Both the position numbers and the translations under genes were made by a program. Source: Azolla caroliniana (taxonomy: Eukaryota; Plantae; Polypodiophyta). Taken from it: a stretch of 64,000 bases of DNA. Under the pieces are notes generated by a model. That model searched no databases. It was given only the letters and a program-made list of their open reading frames with translations, and had not been told where the DNA came from. Of this stretch, positions 21,501-34,678 are shown one piece after another. The stretch's first letter is position 1, and each line of letters starts with the position of its first letter. The stretch covers positions 14,632,001 through 14,696,000 of the forward strand of contig JBHGNT010000016.1 in NCBI GenBank assembly GCA_043228905.1, given 5' to 3'.

Positions 21501-24500
21501 TGCACTATCCAGTGATAGTCCGAATTGGGGATGCCATTGACAAAACAAGCTATTAACCAGTTGTCCCCTTCTACACCCGATTTTTGAATTTGGGTTCTAG
21601 CATGGTGGACATAGTCTTCTAGAGAGGAAAATTTCCGACTAGAGAGGTTCATCAAAGCTTGTGCTGCCTCAGTTCGAGAGGGAGGTTGCAGAAATTGGCC
21701 CTTGAAAACTGTGACAAAATCCCTCCAAGTATTGGGCAATTTCCCCAAAGTACGGAGCCCACGCCACCAGGTGGCGGCCTTACCCCCTAGTTCTTGGCCG
21801 ACATATGCAATCTTCGTACTATCTGGCGTGGGATAGAGCTCAAAATGAGACTCCCATCAGCCCAGCCACTTGCAGATTGCTTCTTTGGTTCTTTCATTTT
21901 TGTCTCTTGTAAATGGTTTAACGACAAACGATGGTTCACCCTGTCGCTCATCAGGTCTATTAGTCTCACGTTGTAGAGTAATGACACGTGCCTCGACAGC
22001 ACTTTGAGATTGCCGAAGTTTGGTCATCTGTTGAGCGGTGAAACTAAGGTATTGGGTTATTTGCGAAAAATACATCTCAATGGACATTTGTCCAAGAGGA
22101 TTTCCTTGAGTTCCTTCCGCTTGAGCGGATGACATCGGGTCGTTATTTTGAGCCATTGAATGATTATTTCTGGCAAAGAAATAGGATAAGGTCAGAAAAA
22201 TAGTCATAACATCATGTCGTGATGTAAACATATCATGGGCAAACATTAATCGATATCATGATCTCACGTCAATACCCCTCTAGATGTATGAGATGAGGTT
22301 CAAGATCAGGTTACTATGGTAACACAAAGGTGTTTTAAAAACCATGGGGGTGACAAATTAATGTCTTTCCCTGATCTCTATATCGATTTTTTCATGGTGG
22401 CTCCCCAAGGCTCAACCATGTATGTTCGCGTCATGAGTAGTTTATACACACAAAAAAATGTTAACAATAAACTATGTTTCTATGCCCACATATGTGGTTT
22501 CGGCTCTTTAAGTCCTATTACGAGGACCCCGAAGTGCACTTAGACCTCAAGTCTAAACATGTGTTATAGTCATATGTATCAACGATGTTGTATGGTCTTG
22601 GTTATATTTGAACTCGAGACCTCGAAAACAAATGCATTAAACACTTGAGCCAACCAAGTAGGTTGCTCTTCTTGGATGTTTAATGTTTTATGCATAGAGA
22701 TATGCGAGCCATTTGCCCATATATGTTTTTTTAAAAGAAACATATATGTCAAGAGTCCTTATTTCCCCCTCGTTTACTACAAAATAAGTTGGTCCGTTAC
22801 CTAACCTCAAGTCTCGTAATTACGATGGCATACGCCAAAGTGCAACCTAATGGTCAAGCCAAATGAACCCTCTTTTCATAGTAGGCCCACGTGGCCCATC
22901 ACATGGTTACGTCATTACGAATGCCTTTCGTAAGAATGATCTCATGGTGGCATCGTATCCATGTAACAAGGAAGGGATGTTGGATATGTGTGTCATAGGA
23001 GCAACCTCACATGAAGTGGGTTAAGCCCTACGTACTCAACACCATTGTGGCTATGATTGTTTCATTACGTAACAAAATATCGAAGTGACCAACAGGGATG
23101 TCAACAAAAAATTGTTGAAAAAAGGATGGTGACAACGCCATTCTCACAAAAATGTGAGGACGGCCACCAAGATCCTTTCCCCGAAAAGGAAAACATTCGA
23201 TATAAAGATTGCGTAATATCAAATATATACATATGTTTATTTATCACATATATACGATGAAATACGTATACACGTGACCACATATGCATATAATTAAAAA
23301 AAATCGTAACATCAAATAGCCAACATATGATGAAATCGAGACACGTAATCGAGGCATGTAGCCTCTACGCACACGAAACATCCAAAAATAAGGGTTAATC
23401 ATAATACGCAATTGAGGTATTGACCTCATATGCATACGACATCAAACGCATATCATTTACTTTGAAATCGAGGTATTGTATACGTAACATATGTATGTGA
23501 GCGTAATACGCAATTGAGGTATTAACCTCGTATGCATACGACACTAATCACATATTAAAGATATGTCAAATGAGGTATTGACCTCATACACATATGTAAA
23601 CGTTTTATACAACCAATTAATTACCACTATAACATCATTGAATTAATGAAAACAATTACATATAGACTATACACATGATTAGATGGGAGAAGAAAAAATA
23701 GAAAAAAAAAGGAAAGAGTTACCGAAGTTCCTTTGTTGATCATTGTCTGGATCAAGGCCGACCGCACATCGATCGATCACCATCAATCAACAAAAGAAAC
23801 ATTAGCACATGAGCTCGGATACCAACTATTAGAGACATGAACTAATGTAAGCATTAGATAAGGATAGAATATAGATAAATATCTTATAGAAAGGAGAGAG
23901 AGAAAGAAGGGTGTCAATCCACCCGACCACCCCCGACCGAAGGGATCGAGACGGACTCGAGCCTCGATCGGCATCCCATACCACCGTCATGGCGTCGAGT
24001 CGTACCTAGTGCTGGCGCGCTCGCTACAAGAGTTGACCCACCACAAGACAAAGTCTCGACGTAGTCAACAAGATGATGAAATGAGGGTAGCTAGGCCTCT
24101 TATTTATAGCGATACCCAAGGCCCCCAGGCAAGTTCACACTTGGCCTAATGGGTTGTCTCAATCCCGAGGATTAAAAGTAATCCTCCCCTTCTTTACACT
24201 CTCGTTTAACCCTCACACTTATCCACGTGTATAGAATGCTACGGTAAATTCTCACCACGAGATATTATATGGTCATGCCCGTAACAGAGGATGTCTACTA
24301 GAGAGAAAATGATTGACATGCAAGCAAAGCCAAAGACAGATCAAAGATCCATCAAGGAGCTCGAGAGCTAGAACAAGCTTGAAGCATATCGACGAGAATT
24401 GGAATCAGATATGAGTCGATTCGAGCAAACAAGTCGACTCAGAGGTAAATTGATCCAAACAAGTTGATCCAACCGACTCAGACAACACACAATCCAGAAG

Positions 24501-24936
24501 ATCGGCTGAATTATGCTAGACACCGACCTTACCTTTGTTGGTTCGGCCAAATGCCGACAGTCTTGTATGTATACTTGTAACTATAGATTATATTTGTAAT
24601 CTAAGTTCACGGGGGAGATAACCCCAATTATTAGTATACATAGAAAAGAGTAGCCCTTTTACAAGGGAGTTTGTTGGCATAAAAGGCCGACTCCTTCCAC
24701 TTTGTATCCTTAGTGTGGACACATTCTCTAGTTAGGGCTAGAGGATGTAAGCTCAAGCCTAACATTGTAAAGAATTATCTTGGAGTGAAAAAGGTTGCAA
24801 AGAAGAGAATAAGAGAAAACTTCCATTAAAGCTTAATCTGTGTGTTAAGAATTAGGTAAGTAATTAAGCAAGGGTTAATTAGTACCTAATTATGTGATTA
24901 GTTGATAAGCAGAAGATTAAGTGATATGTGTGTGTA

Positions 24937-24973
<37 letters not shown>

Positions 24974-25804
24974 TACACTTATGAACAACACAAGATGGGG
25001 GATGAGTAACTATATTAAATTAGCATTATCATCATCAAATACAAAAATACCCACAATGAGGTATATATAGATCTCTTGTGCAAGGGTGCACATGTGTGAG
25101 GAGAATATAGGTACAAGGGTGTAAGTCCTATATTAAATGTACTTGGGAGTGGAGAATCTACAATATCCCACTTAAGTACAAGGTCTTATTTAAGGCGTTA
25201 TAGTCAACACTTCTAACTAGATTCTATCTAGATAACTACGAAGTTACATGGTTGACTAACTAACTAAACTAAGTTGAGCTTGATCTCTCAACACACCCCC
25301 TCAATCTCAAGTGTGAGGCGTTCGACATCCAGTTCTACTTTCGGCGTTGTCTAGCTTTTGATGTCGGCTTCTGTGTGGCTTCCGTCCGGCCTTCGGCTTT
25401 CTTCGTCGTGGCAATCTCGGCTCCTCCCCCTCAAGCCGGTGACGAAGGCTTGTAGAGTGTGGATGAAGACCGACTACTTCCACCCATCGTGGGTTACGAG
25501 CTGCTTCAATGGAGCTCTTGGGCTCTTGTTTGGCCACTACCTTCATCACGAAGGTATAGTGATGGGCCATGTACTCGTTGTAGCCGAGCCAAGTGATGGG
25601 GTTCTTAGCTCTAGATGAGCGTCGAAGTTTTTCGCTCGCCGATGTGAGCACCTTCTTTACTTTGGGTGTCCGCATGATGGGTACACCAAACTCATTGTCT
25701 TGTGAGCAAGCCGACACACCCGAATCACTTTCGTCAGGGTGATCGACTTCGTATTCGGGCATCTTACCTTTGCCTTTGTCCAAGTTCATACTTGGCCGCG
25801 ATGT

Positions 25805-26799
25805 TGTCGTGAAGAATGTGCTTCACGATATAAAAATGAACTTAAGTATTGTATTTAGTAGTATTTGAGACACTTGAACCCACAACCTTATAAACCAAGC
25901 ACAATGTATATACCACTAGGGTAGGGTATTTGTTTTTAAAAATGTTGTCAAGAATGTGCTTCATTATATAAGAATAAACTTAAATATTGTATTGTTGAAC
26001 CCTCAACCTTGTATATCAACAAAGCATACACCACTAAGCTAGGCTACTTGTTTTAGGGTTATATCCATCATTATACTTATCTCATATATATTTTCATACA
26101 TGGGAGCTCAAATGAGCATGATGACTATCATGCATCACATGCAATGCATGTGCGCCAAATGGCGATCATGCATCACATGTAACTCATGCATTACATGCAT
26201 GCCATTACCATATGCATGGAAATACTTATAAAAAGAGGGGAAAGAAAAACAAAAGGGAATCAATCAAGAAGAGAAAGTTAGGGAAATGATATGATCAAAC
26301 AAACAAGTTAGCTCATTTGGGAAGAGGCTTGTGTTTTAAAGTTGGAGGCAAGGGTTCAAATCTACTGTTCAACAAAAGAAAAGTCGCATCTTGTGATCGA
26401 CATTGTAACTTTGGTAAAATCTTGGGTTTTTAATATAATACATATTCTTATCATATTTTCTTACCTCTTCAATCATACATTGTCTCTATCTCTCATCCTT
26501 GTTCGTCTCTCTCTCGTACATTACTTTCAACTTTTATTCTTGTTATCCTGAATCTTTGTGGTAAAATCTTATATTCTTAATATAAATCATGTTAATATCA
26601 TATACTCTTGCTTCTTAAGCCATATATGGTCTTTGTCTCTAATCTATGCTCGTCTCTTTGTCACACAATACTTTTAACTCTTATTCTTCTTATCCTTAAT
26701 CTTTCTAACATTTGTGTGCAAGATTTATAAAAGTTTCTTCAAATCCCCTTAAACCTTAGTCCCTGTGACTTCGCCGCACGAACCACAACTACCCCAACA
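25805..26799 (+). mobile_element. Element J: solo LTR (995 bp) of the ACGY-targeting group
   Basis: TGTCGTG..CCAACA with 4-bp TSD ATGT/ACGT. Removing it restores the element I reading frame RDTST/SRPSMNLDKGK. Confidence 0.85.
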
Positions 26800-28805
26800 A
26801 CGTGCTTGTGTCGCGTGGGGGCTCTTGTCGCCCACTAGGCCTTGCCGTAATCGGACTTTCTTCGAACATGTGTTCGAAGCGATCTCCATCTTCTACCTCT
26901 TGTTCGGCGGATTCTGGGTCGAGCGGAGTCGGAGTCAAAGTTTTCTCTGGTGCGTACCAGGATGTGGACTCGTCAAAGACTACGTCTCGACTTACCCGAA
27001 CCACTCGGGTAGAAGGGTTGTAGCCCTTGTATACCTTCTTCTCGAACGAGTATCCTATGAGGATACATTCCTCCGACTTCACCTCGGACTACCTGTCGTT
27101 GTTCGTTCGGGATGCGTACATTCGCAATGCTTCCGAACACCTTGAGGTGCGACAGGATCGGCTTCCTTCCTATGAGGAGCTCGTATGGAGTTAGCTCATG
27201 CACTCCATTAGTGGTGCATCAATTCATGAGATAGATGGCCGTGGATGCCGCTTCCGCCCAATAGAAATTCGGCATGTGCTTCTCATGCATTATGGCGCGT
27301 GCTACCTTAAGTATTTGCCGATTCTTCCTTTCGGCTACTCCATTTTGTTGGGGTGTGTGTTGGCATGAGAATTCTCTCTGAATGCCTTCAGCTTGAAGGT
27401 AGGAGGTGAATTCATCGAAGAAGTACTCCTTGCCTCCATCCGATCGTAGGCATCGAATGTGCCAACCAGTTTCTTTTTCAACTTGGCCCTTGAGCTTTTG
27501 GGAGTGGGAGAACACTTCACTCTTCTTCTTCATCGGGAAGATCCACGCGTAGCACGAGTAGTCGTCGCTGAAGGTGACGTAGAATCGGCATCCGAGTGTA
27601 TGATGTCGAGGATGCATTTGCTCGCATGGCTCTCCTTCGGGAATGGGAGTCTATGTTGTTTGCCGAGTTGACACGCTTTGCATACTCGGTCGACTCGTTT
27701 CGACTCAAATGACGGAAGTCCGATAACAACTCCCGTTGATTGAATTGCTCGAAGCTGTTGGAGGTTTATGTGGCCAATTATTTTGTGCCACAACTTGATG
27801 CTTGTCTTGGTTTTGAGACCTTTGGCATACATGGCCGATTTCACCTCGTTCGAATTGAGGATGAACATGCGACTGTGTCTCCGTCCCTTGGCTATGAGTC
27901 CGCCATATTTCTCGATGAAACAACCTTTGTTGTTGAAGCGGACTTGCATGCCTTGCTCCATGATTTGGCCAACGGAGACCAAATTCTTTGTTATTGTGGG
28001 CACATGCAAGACATTCTTGATGCAAGTTTGCTCGCCTTCATTCCCGAATGGGACATTGCCAATGTGCTGAATGGGATGTGTGGTGTCGTCTCCCGTCTCT
28101 ATGAAGTCGGTTCGGTCCGGCGTTCGTAAGTCACGAAACCACTCTTGGTCTGACGTCATATGATGTGAAGCACCGGAATCGACGAACCACACGTCTTCCA
28201 AGTTGGAGTTGCTTGCGGAGTCGGAGGCCGACATAGAGTTCGCCCTATGCCTCATTACGAATAGTCCGTCGTAGTCATCGTATTCAGAGTTGGTGGAGTA
28301 ATTCGTGAGTTGTCGACTCGTCGAAGCCGACTCACTTCTTCTTTTTCGGCACTCCTCCTCGTGGTGGCCGATTTTTCCGCAATAGTTGCAAGTTGCGGGC
28401 GTCATTTGCCGACCTTGTTCGGTATGGAAGCTCCACCTTCTTCCGAAGGTTCCTTGATGGCTTCCATCTTGTAGTTGAAGGTTTGAGTTCCCTTTGTGTG
28501 ATGGCTCAAATCAACCTCTTCTATCGCCTCGACCTCATCCTCGGCCACCATCCGAATTCGAGAAGAACATTTGTCCTTCTGATGTCGAGGTTTTGGTTTG
28601 GACATGGTTCTCTTCAACCATTACAATTGACTGAAGGTCGAAGAACGAAGGAGGATTTTCCCTTGCCAAGATTGTCGTCCTCAACGAGTCAAATCGTTGT
28701 GCGAGGCTACCCAAGCATACTTGAACCATCTCGTCTTCGTCGACGTTTATTTTGATGGAGCCAAGCGAGTCGCAAATGCTCTTAATCTTGGCGGTGTAGT
28801 CTGAT

Positions 28806-28913
28806 TGTCAAGAATAGTACTAAAACATAGAGAGAATTAGTACTAGAGAAGGGAAGTACTATTAGTACTAAGAGGATGGACTGCGTAAGACTCATGAGAG
28901 AGAGACAATGAAG

Positions 28914-28952
<39 letters not shown>

Positions 28953-31900
28953 ATGATAACAGATGATATATTATGTGAAGAGTAAGTACAAAATAGCTAT
29001 GAGGCTTAAGACTGGCGTTGAACCAATTTGGTTCGAAATAATGCCTTGTGCCTCTTTTTATAGTGTTCTCAGGAATAGTCCTAAAGCTTCTAGAATGTTC
29101 CAGAGAAATCTGGAATATACAATAATTCTCTATAGTAAAACTTAAATGAAAATAATATCCTACATATTACAATAGGTAATGTAATGGCCAAGAGCTCAAC
29201 CCATATAACATAAGTTTATTGGTTCAAGTCTTGCCATATCATGACACTATCCCCCCCTTAAGATGACGAGTGTCACGAGTCAGCACTGATTGTGGACCGG
29301 GTTTGTCCGAATACTTTTGGTAGAAATCAGCAAGAAGATCCTTTGGCGACATGCTCGACGGGTTCCCAAGTAAGTTCACTCGGACTATAGCCAAGCCAAT
29401 CGACCAAATAATAAAGTTTGTTGTGAACAAACTTGGAGTCGAGGACAGCAGCAACTTCATACTCTGGGCCGGTGTCCAATGCAAGCAAGGGCGGCGGTGG
29501 TGTATACGATCGGGAATAGTGTTGGCCTGATAAGGTTCGAGAAGAGAACTATGGAAGACTGGATGTATCTGAAGGTGCGGAGGAAGATCAAGGCGGAACG
29601 TGACATCATTAATCTTGCCGGTAATACGGAAAGGACCCAGTCATTGATAATCCAATTTGTTGCACGATCGAGTTGTCTTGATGTGACGACGTAAGATCCA
29701 TACTCGATCTCTGATGGCAAAAGAGGAGGGAATCCGATGACGATCTGCATAAGTCTTCTGAGTGTGTTGAGCATGACGAAGATGAATAGATAGATCCGTC
29801 TGAATCTTGCATAGCCTCTCCAGATGATCCTCGGCAAGAGGATTGGTAGGTAGCTCCAGAGTGTCGATCACAGACCAGCGAGGATGAGAACCAATATAAG
29901 CATAAAATGGCAAGACCCAAGTCGAGGAGTGAATATCGTTGTTATACGCAAACTCCGCAAAGTGGAGAATATCAGCCCAATCGTCTTGTTGATAACTCAG
30001 AAAACACTGAAGATATTGTTCCAGTGTTTGATTCATTCGTTCCGCTTGCCTATCGGTTTGGGGATGGTAGTTAGAGGAGAGGTTGCAAGAGACCTTGAGC
30101 ATCTTGAAGAGATGCTTCCAAAATTTGGAGACGAATTGAGGTCCTCAGTCACTCATGATACTGTCTCGGAGGCCATGATGCCAAAATACCTCACGCATGA
30201 CAAGGGTTGCAGTTTCCTCACTAGTGATGGCCTTAATTCAAGACGCAAAATGTGCCATCTTAGTATATCAATCGACGACGGATAAGATAGCATCGAAACC
30301 CTTCGAGACTGGAAGATCTGTGATAAAATCAAGACAAATGGACTCCCATAGCTTACTTGGAATTGGTAAGGATTCCAACAAGCCATATGGATGATGTCGT
30401 GGCATCTTTGCTCGACAATAAGCATCACATGTCCAAACATAGTCCTCGACAAAACGTCACATATGGGGCCACCAAAAGGATCGTCGAACTAGATCCAACG
30501 ACTTAGTACTACCGAAATGTCCAGTTGTATGGGTGTCGTGACAATTTTGGACGATTTGAAGGCGACAGGAGCAATCGGGAACATGGACGAGCTTTTTAAA
30601 GAATAATAACCCATCATGATATTCAAATTGTCGGTTGTCCATACCTAGTTGTTGAGACTGGGAACAGGATGCCCGAGAGGCATCAATTTGCACTAGAATG
30701 GCTTGAGCAAAACTATCCGTCTTCAAGTTGACACGTATGGCATCGATAATCCGGGAATCCAATGTAGTGAAAAATCCGCGTTGTGTGCAAACATGTTGGT
30801 CCCAAGATTACCTGCTTTTGATTATCAAATGTTGGATCACCCGGACGAGGTGCAATATATGAAGGTCGCGATAGTGCATCTGCTTTTCCTTGTTGCTTCC
30901 CCGGCCGATATGTGATTTTGAAGTCAAAACATGTGAGGAATTGGGCCCACTGAGCTTGCCGTCGATTTAGTACACGAGCGTTCTGGATGGAAGTAAGCAA
31001 GATTTTTGTGATCACTGAAGACGATGACCTGATGAGGAGAGCCCTCTAAGAAGTGTCGCCATTGCACAAACGAATCCACGATGGCTAATAACTCCTTGTC
31101 ATGTATCTTGTAGTTAATTTTTACTGCATCAAATTTGCGTGAGTGGAAAGCCACAGGATGTAACTTTTCTTTATCTCCTTGTTGTGAAAGGATGCTACCG
31201 AGGGCAAAATCCGATGCGTCAACCTCCATGATGAATGGTTTGTTTGTATCCACATGAGCTAGAATAGGAGTTGGTGTAAAGGCTTTCTTAAGATGCATAA
31301 AAGCCATGTCCGCTTCATTGGACCAAAGAAATGATTATCCCTTCTTGGTAAGCTGTGTGAGAGGTAAAATAATCTTCGAGTAATCTTGCATAAACTTGTG
31401 GTAGAAGTTAGCAAAGCCTAGGAAACATTGCACATCTCGTAACGAACGTGGAGTTTGCCACTCTAGCACAGTTTGGACTTTAGCTGGATCCATGGAGATG
31501 CCTTTTGAGGAGATGACATAGCCTAGAAATTCCACTTGCTTGCAGTCAAAGCTACATTTTTCTAGTTTGGCATAAAGACCATGCTCTTGGAGTCGTTTTA
31601 GTACTAATAGTACATGAGAATCATGCTCTTCATGGGTCTTCGAATAAATCAATAGATCATCCAGATAGATGATCAACAGATATCCAAGAGATCTCTGAAT
31701 ATATCATTTGTCGTGTGTTGGAAGACTGTGGGCGCATTGGTTAGACCGAACGGCATAACAGTATACTCAAAGTGCCCACATTGGGTGCGAAAAGCAGTCT
31801 TCCATTCGTCTCCCAGTCGGATCGGCGCGAGGTTATATGCTCCTCGTAAGTCGATTTTTGTAAAAAACTTGGCACCATTTACACGTTCTAATAGACTTGA

Positions 31901-34333
31901 TATAAGGGGAAGTGCATACCTATTCCGAATGGTGACCATATTCAAGCCCTGCTAATCAACGACGAGATGAAGGGATCCATCTTTCTTTTTGACAAAGAAA
32001 ATGGGTGCACCTGCCAGAGATTTCAAATGACGAATAAACCCACTTGCCAAATTCTCTTCTATGTAGGCTCGAAGGACTTCCAACTCGGTTGGTGACAAGT
32101 TGTAAATCGGTCCCCACGGTGGCTCTGTTCCTAGTTGTAAATCGATGGGACAATCATAGGGACGATGATGAGGAAGAGTACCAGCTCTGACCATGTCAAA
32201 TACATCGGCATAGGGATGATATTTCGCGGGAAGTTGAACTAAGGATTCCTTTTTAATAGTGCTGGAAGGATGTACTAATATTGCAAATAGAAACATTGAC
32301 TCCTTGTGTCCTTCTTCGCATAATTGATGGAGCGAAATGGTCGAAACTCGATGAGTAGCTTCTCGGGGTTGTCGATTCCGGACTTCTCTTGTTCTCCAAT
32401 CTATGTCTGGATTATGTACTTCAAACCAAGGTAATCCCAAGACAATGGGATGCTCTGGACTACTAATTATATTAAATGATACCATACACACAAAGTTATC
32501 TAGGACAACCTGAATGGGTTCTGACTCTTCTACGATATTCCCAAAAGCAATGGGACGACCATCAATGACTACTACAGATGCGGGGCAAGGAAGTTTTCTT
32601 AAAGATATCTAAGAAGCTTGGGCAAAATTCCGAACCATGAAATAGGAATTGGCTCTGGAATCTAAAAGTGCTAAGACATGTACTAGAGGGGTACTTTTAG
32701 TACTAATTATGACTTGGGCTAAGAACACATGGTTAACTTGCTTAGAGGGAATGGAACCACTAATGGGCTGCACAAATCTAGGGATGTCCAACCAAACGGC
32801 TCCTATTTTGGCTGAACTTAGTCATTTAACTCTTCCTCTAATTGACTAAGGATTTCAAATTTGTTTGAGATACTTGGGCTATCAGTACTATTAATACTAT
32901 CAAACACTCCTAAGGGAATTTACTCGAGTTTAGTACAGGCTACGATTTGATTTACCTGTCTTCTTGGCCTATGGGGACAGTTGATGGCGATATGCCCTGG
33001 TCCACCGTAATAAAGACATAATCGATTTGCATGTCGTCGTTGCTTTTCTTGTTCCGATAACGGGCCCCGTCGACACATGGTGTCGATCTCCATCAGCGTC
33101 AGAGTATTTGCCTGCGATACATCTCGTGCAACCGGTTTAGCTGCGACTGGGGTGTATGTGGGCTCTAGCCTAGTGCGTGGCATTTGAAATTGACGTTCCG
33201 AACGTCGTTCGAAAAAGCGGTTGTTGCATCGGACCACTCGACTAATTGCCTCTGTAAGAGATTTTGGTTCTTCAGGAAAGGTTAAAAGTAAATCTTTGAC
33301 GTCGTTTCGTAGGCCATAGCGGAATTGCTCCATTAGTGCTTGATCATCCCCCGGGGATATTTGAGGCAAGTAGACGGAAATCCGCCGTGTAGGCAGAGGC
33401 TGGACAATCACCTTGATGCAATCGTCGGATTTTGTTGATCGTCGTCCTGATGTTGTCGGTATCTCCAAAGCAGGCTTTAAACTCACTAATAAAGTCTTCA
33501 AAGTTATTAAGCAAGGGAGATTGTTTTTCCAAAAGCGGAGCGAATCATGCCAAGGCTGAGCCACTAAGCAACGTGCCTATTAGGCCTACTCGAGATACAT
33601 CAGTGGGGTATCGGGAAGGATGCATTTGCATGACTAAGAGTACCTAATTAAGGAATCCTCTTAATTGTGAGCGAGTTCCATCGGTATCTCCGAAGTAGGC
33701 TTTAAACTCGCTAATAAAGTCTTCAAAGTTATTAAGCAAGGGAGATTGTTTTTCCAAAAGCGGAGCGAATCATGCCAAGGCTGAGCCGCTGAGCAACATG
33801 CCTATTAGGCCTACTCGGGATGCATCAATGGGGTATCGGGAAGGATGCATTTGCATGACTAAGCGTACCTGATTAAGGAATCCTCTGAATTGTGATCACG
33901 TTCCATCGAATTTCACAGGAAGACCAATCTTGGGCTCTTTATGAAGTCCTTGGGGACTTGATCCTTGTTGTTGTAACGCTACGATGGTTGCTTCCAGTTG
34001 TTGTACGCGTAACGCTAACTCCCCATGTTGTTGTTGCGTTTGCTGTTTTTCTAAAGCAATTTGTTGAAGATCCCCTAACAATCATTGGTTTTCTTGTTCC
34101 AATGCAATGAATTTTTCTTTTAGACACTGTAGCTCAAAAAAAATGGATTGATATTCCTAGGCGTTAACAATAGCCATAGTATTGGAAAAGGGGGTAAGAG
34201 GATGAGGGAAACCAAAAAGAAGACCCGAGGGAGAAATTGGTTCAAACTGTCAGGAATAGTACTAAAACAGAGAGAAAATTAGTACTAAAGAAGGGAAGTA
34301 CTATTAGTACTAAGAGGACGGACTGCGTAAGAC

Positions 34334-34384
<51 letters not shown>

Positions 34385-34678
34385 ATGATAACAGATGATA
34401 TATTATGTGAAGAGTAAATACAAAATAGCTATGAGGCTTAAGACTGGCATTGAACCAATTTGGTTCGAAATAATGCCTTGTGCCTCTTTTTATAGTGTTC
34501 TCAGGAATAGTCCGGAAGCTTCTAGAATGTTCCAGAGAAATCTAGAATATACAATCATTCTCTATAGTAAAACTTAAATGAAAATAATATCCTACGTATC
34601 ATAATAGATAATGTAATGGTCAAGAGCTCGACCCATATAACATAAGGTTACGGGCTCGAGTCTTGCCATATCATGACA
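28806..34678 (-). mobile_element. Element H: Tcn1-like chromovirus (Ty3/Gypsy), degenerate
   Basis: LTRs at 28806-29246 and 34248-34678, PPT at 29247-29261. gag, RT (PPWGPIYNLS, YLDD), RNaseH, integrase and chromodomain [23 protein letters not shown] (~29300-29480). Confidence 0.93.
33456..33905 (-). repeat. 225-bp tandem duplication in element H gag
   Basis: tcggtatctcc at 33456 and 33681, colinear thereafter. Confidence 0.85.

Larger units (their letters stand above)
16248..24286 (-). mobile_element. Element C: Ty3/Gypsy retrotransposon, degenerate and 3'-truncated
   Basis: 5' LTR 24286-23827, PBS TGGTATCCGAGC (~23812-23824), ~1.5-kb leader, gag/protease (LFDSGSSHNF, 20786-22246), RT (IFLDD), RNaseH (ETDASDYA) and integrase (HPQSDGQTER), cut at 16248 by E. 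Confidence 0.92.

Noticed and set aside
23413-23586. let-7-like TGAGGTA seed
   Set aside because: A 7-nt coincidence with no pre-miRNA structure; let-7 is an animal miRNA.
10502-24286. DNA transposon with ~60-bp TIRs and a 5-bp TSD
   Set aside because: The right 'TIR' is the end of a true LTR followed by PBS and gag-pol, and no transposase is present.
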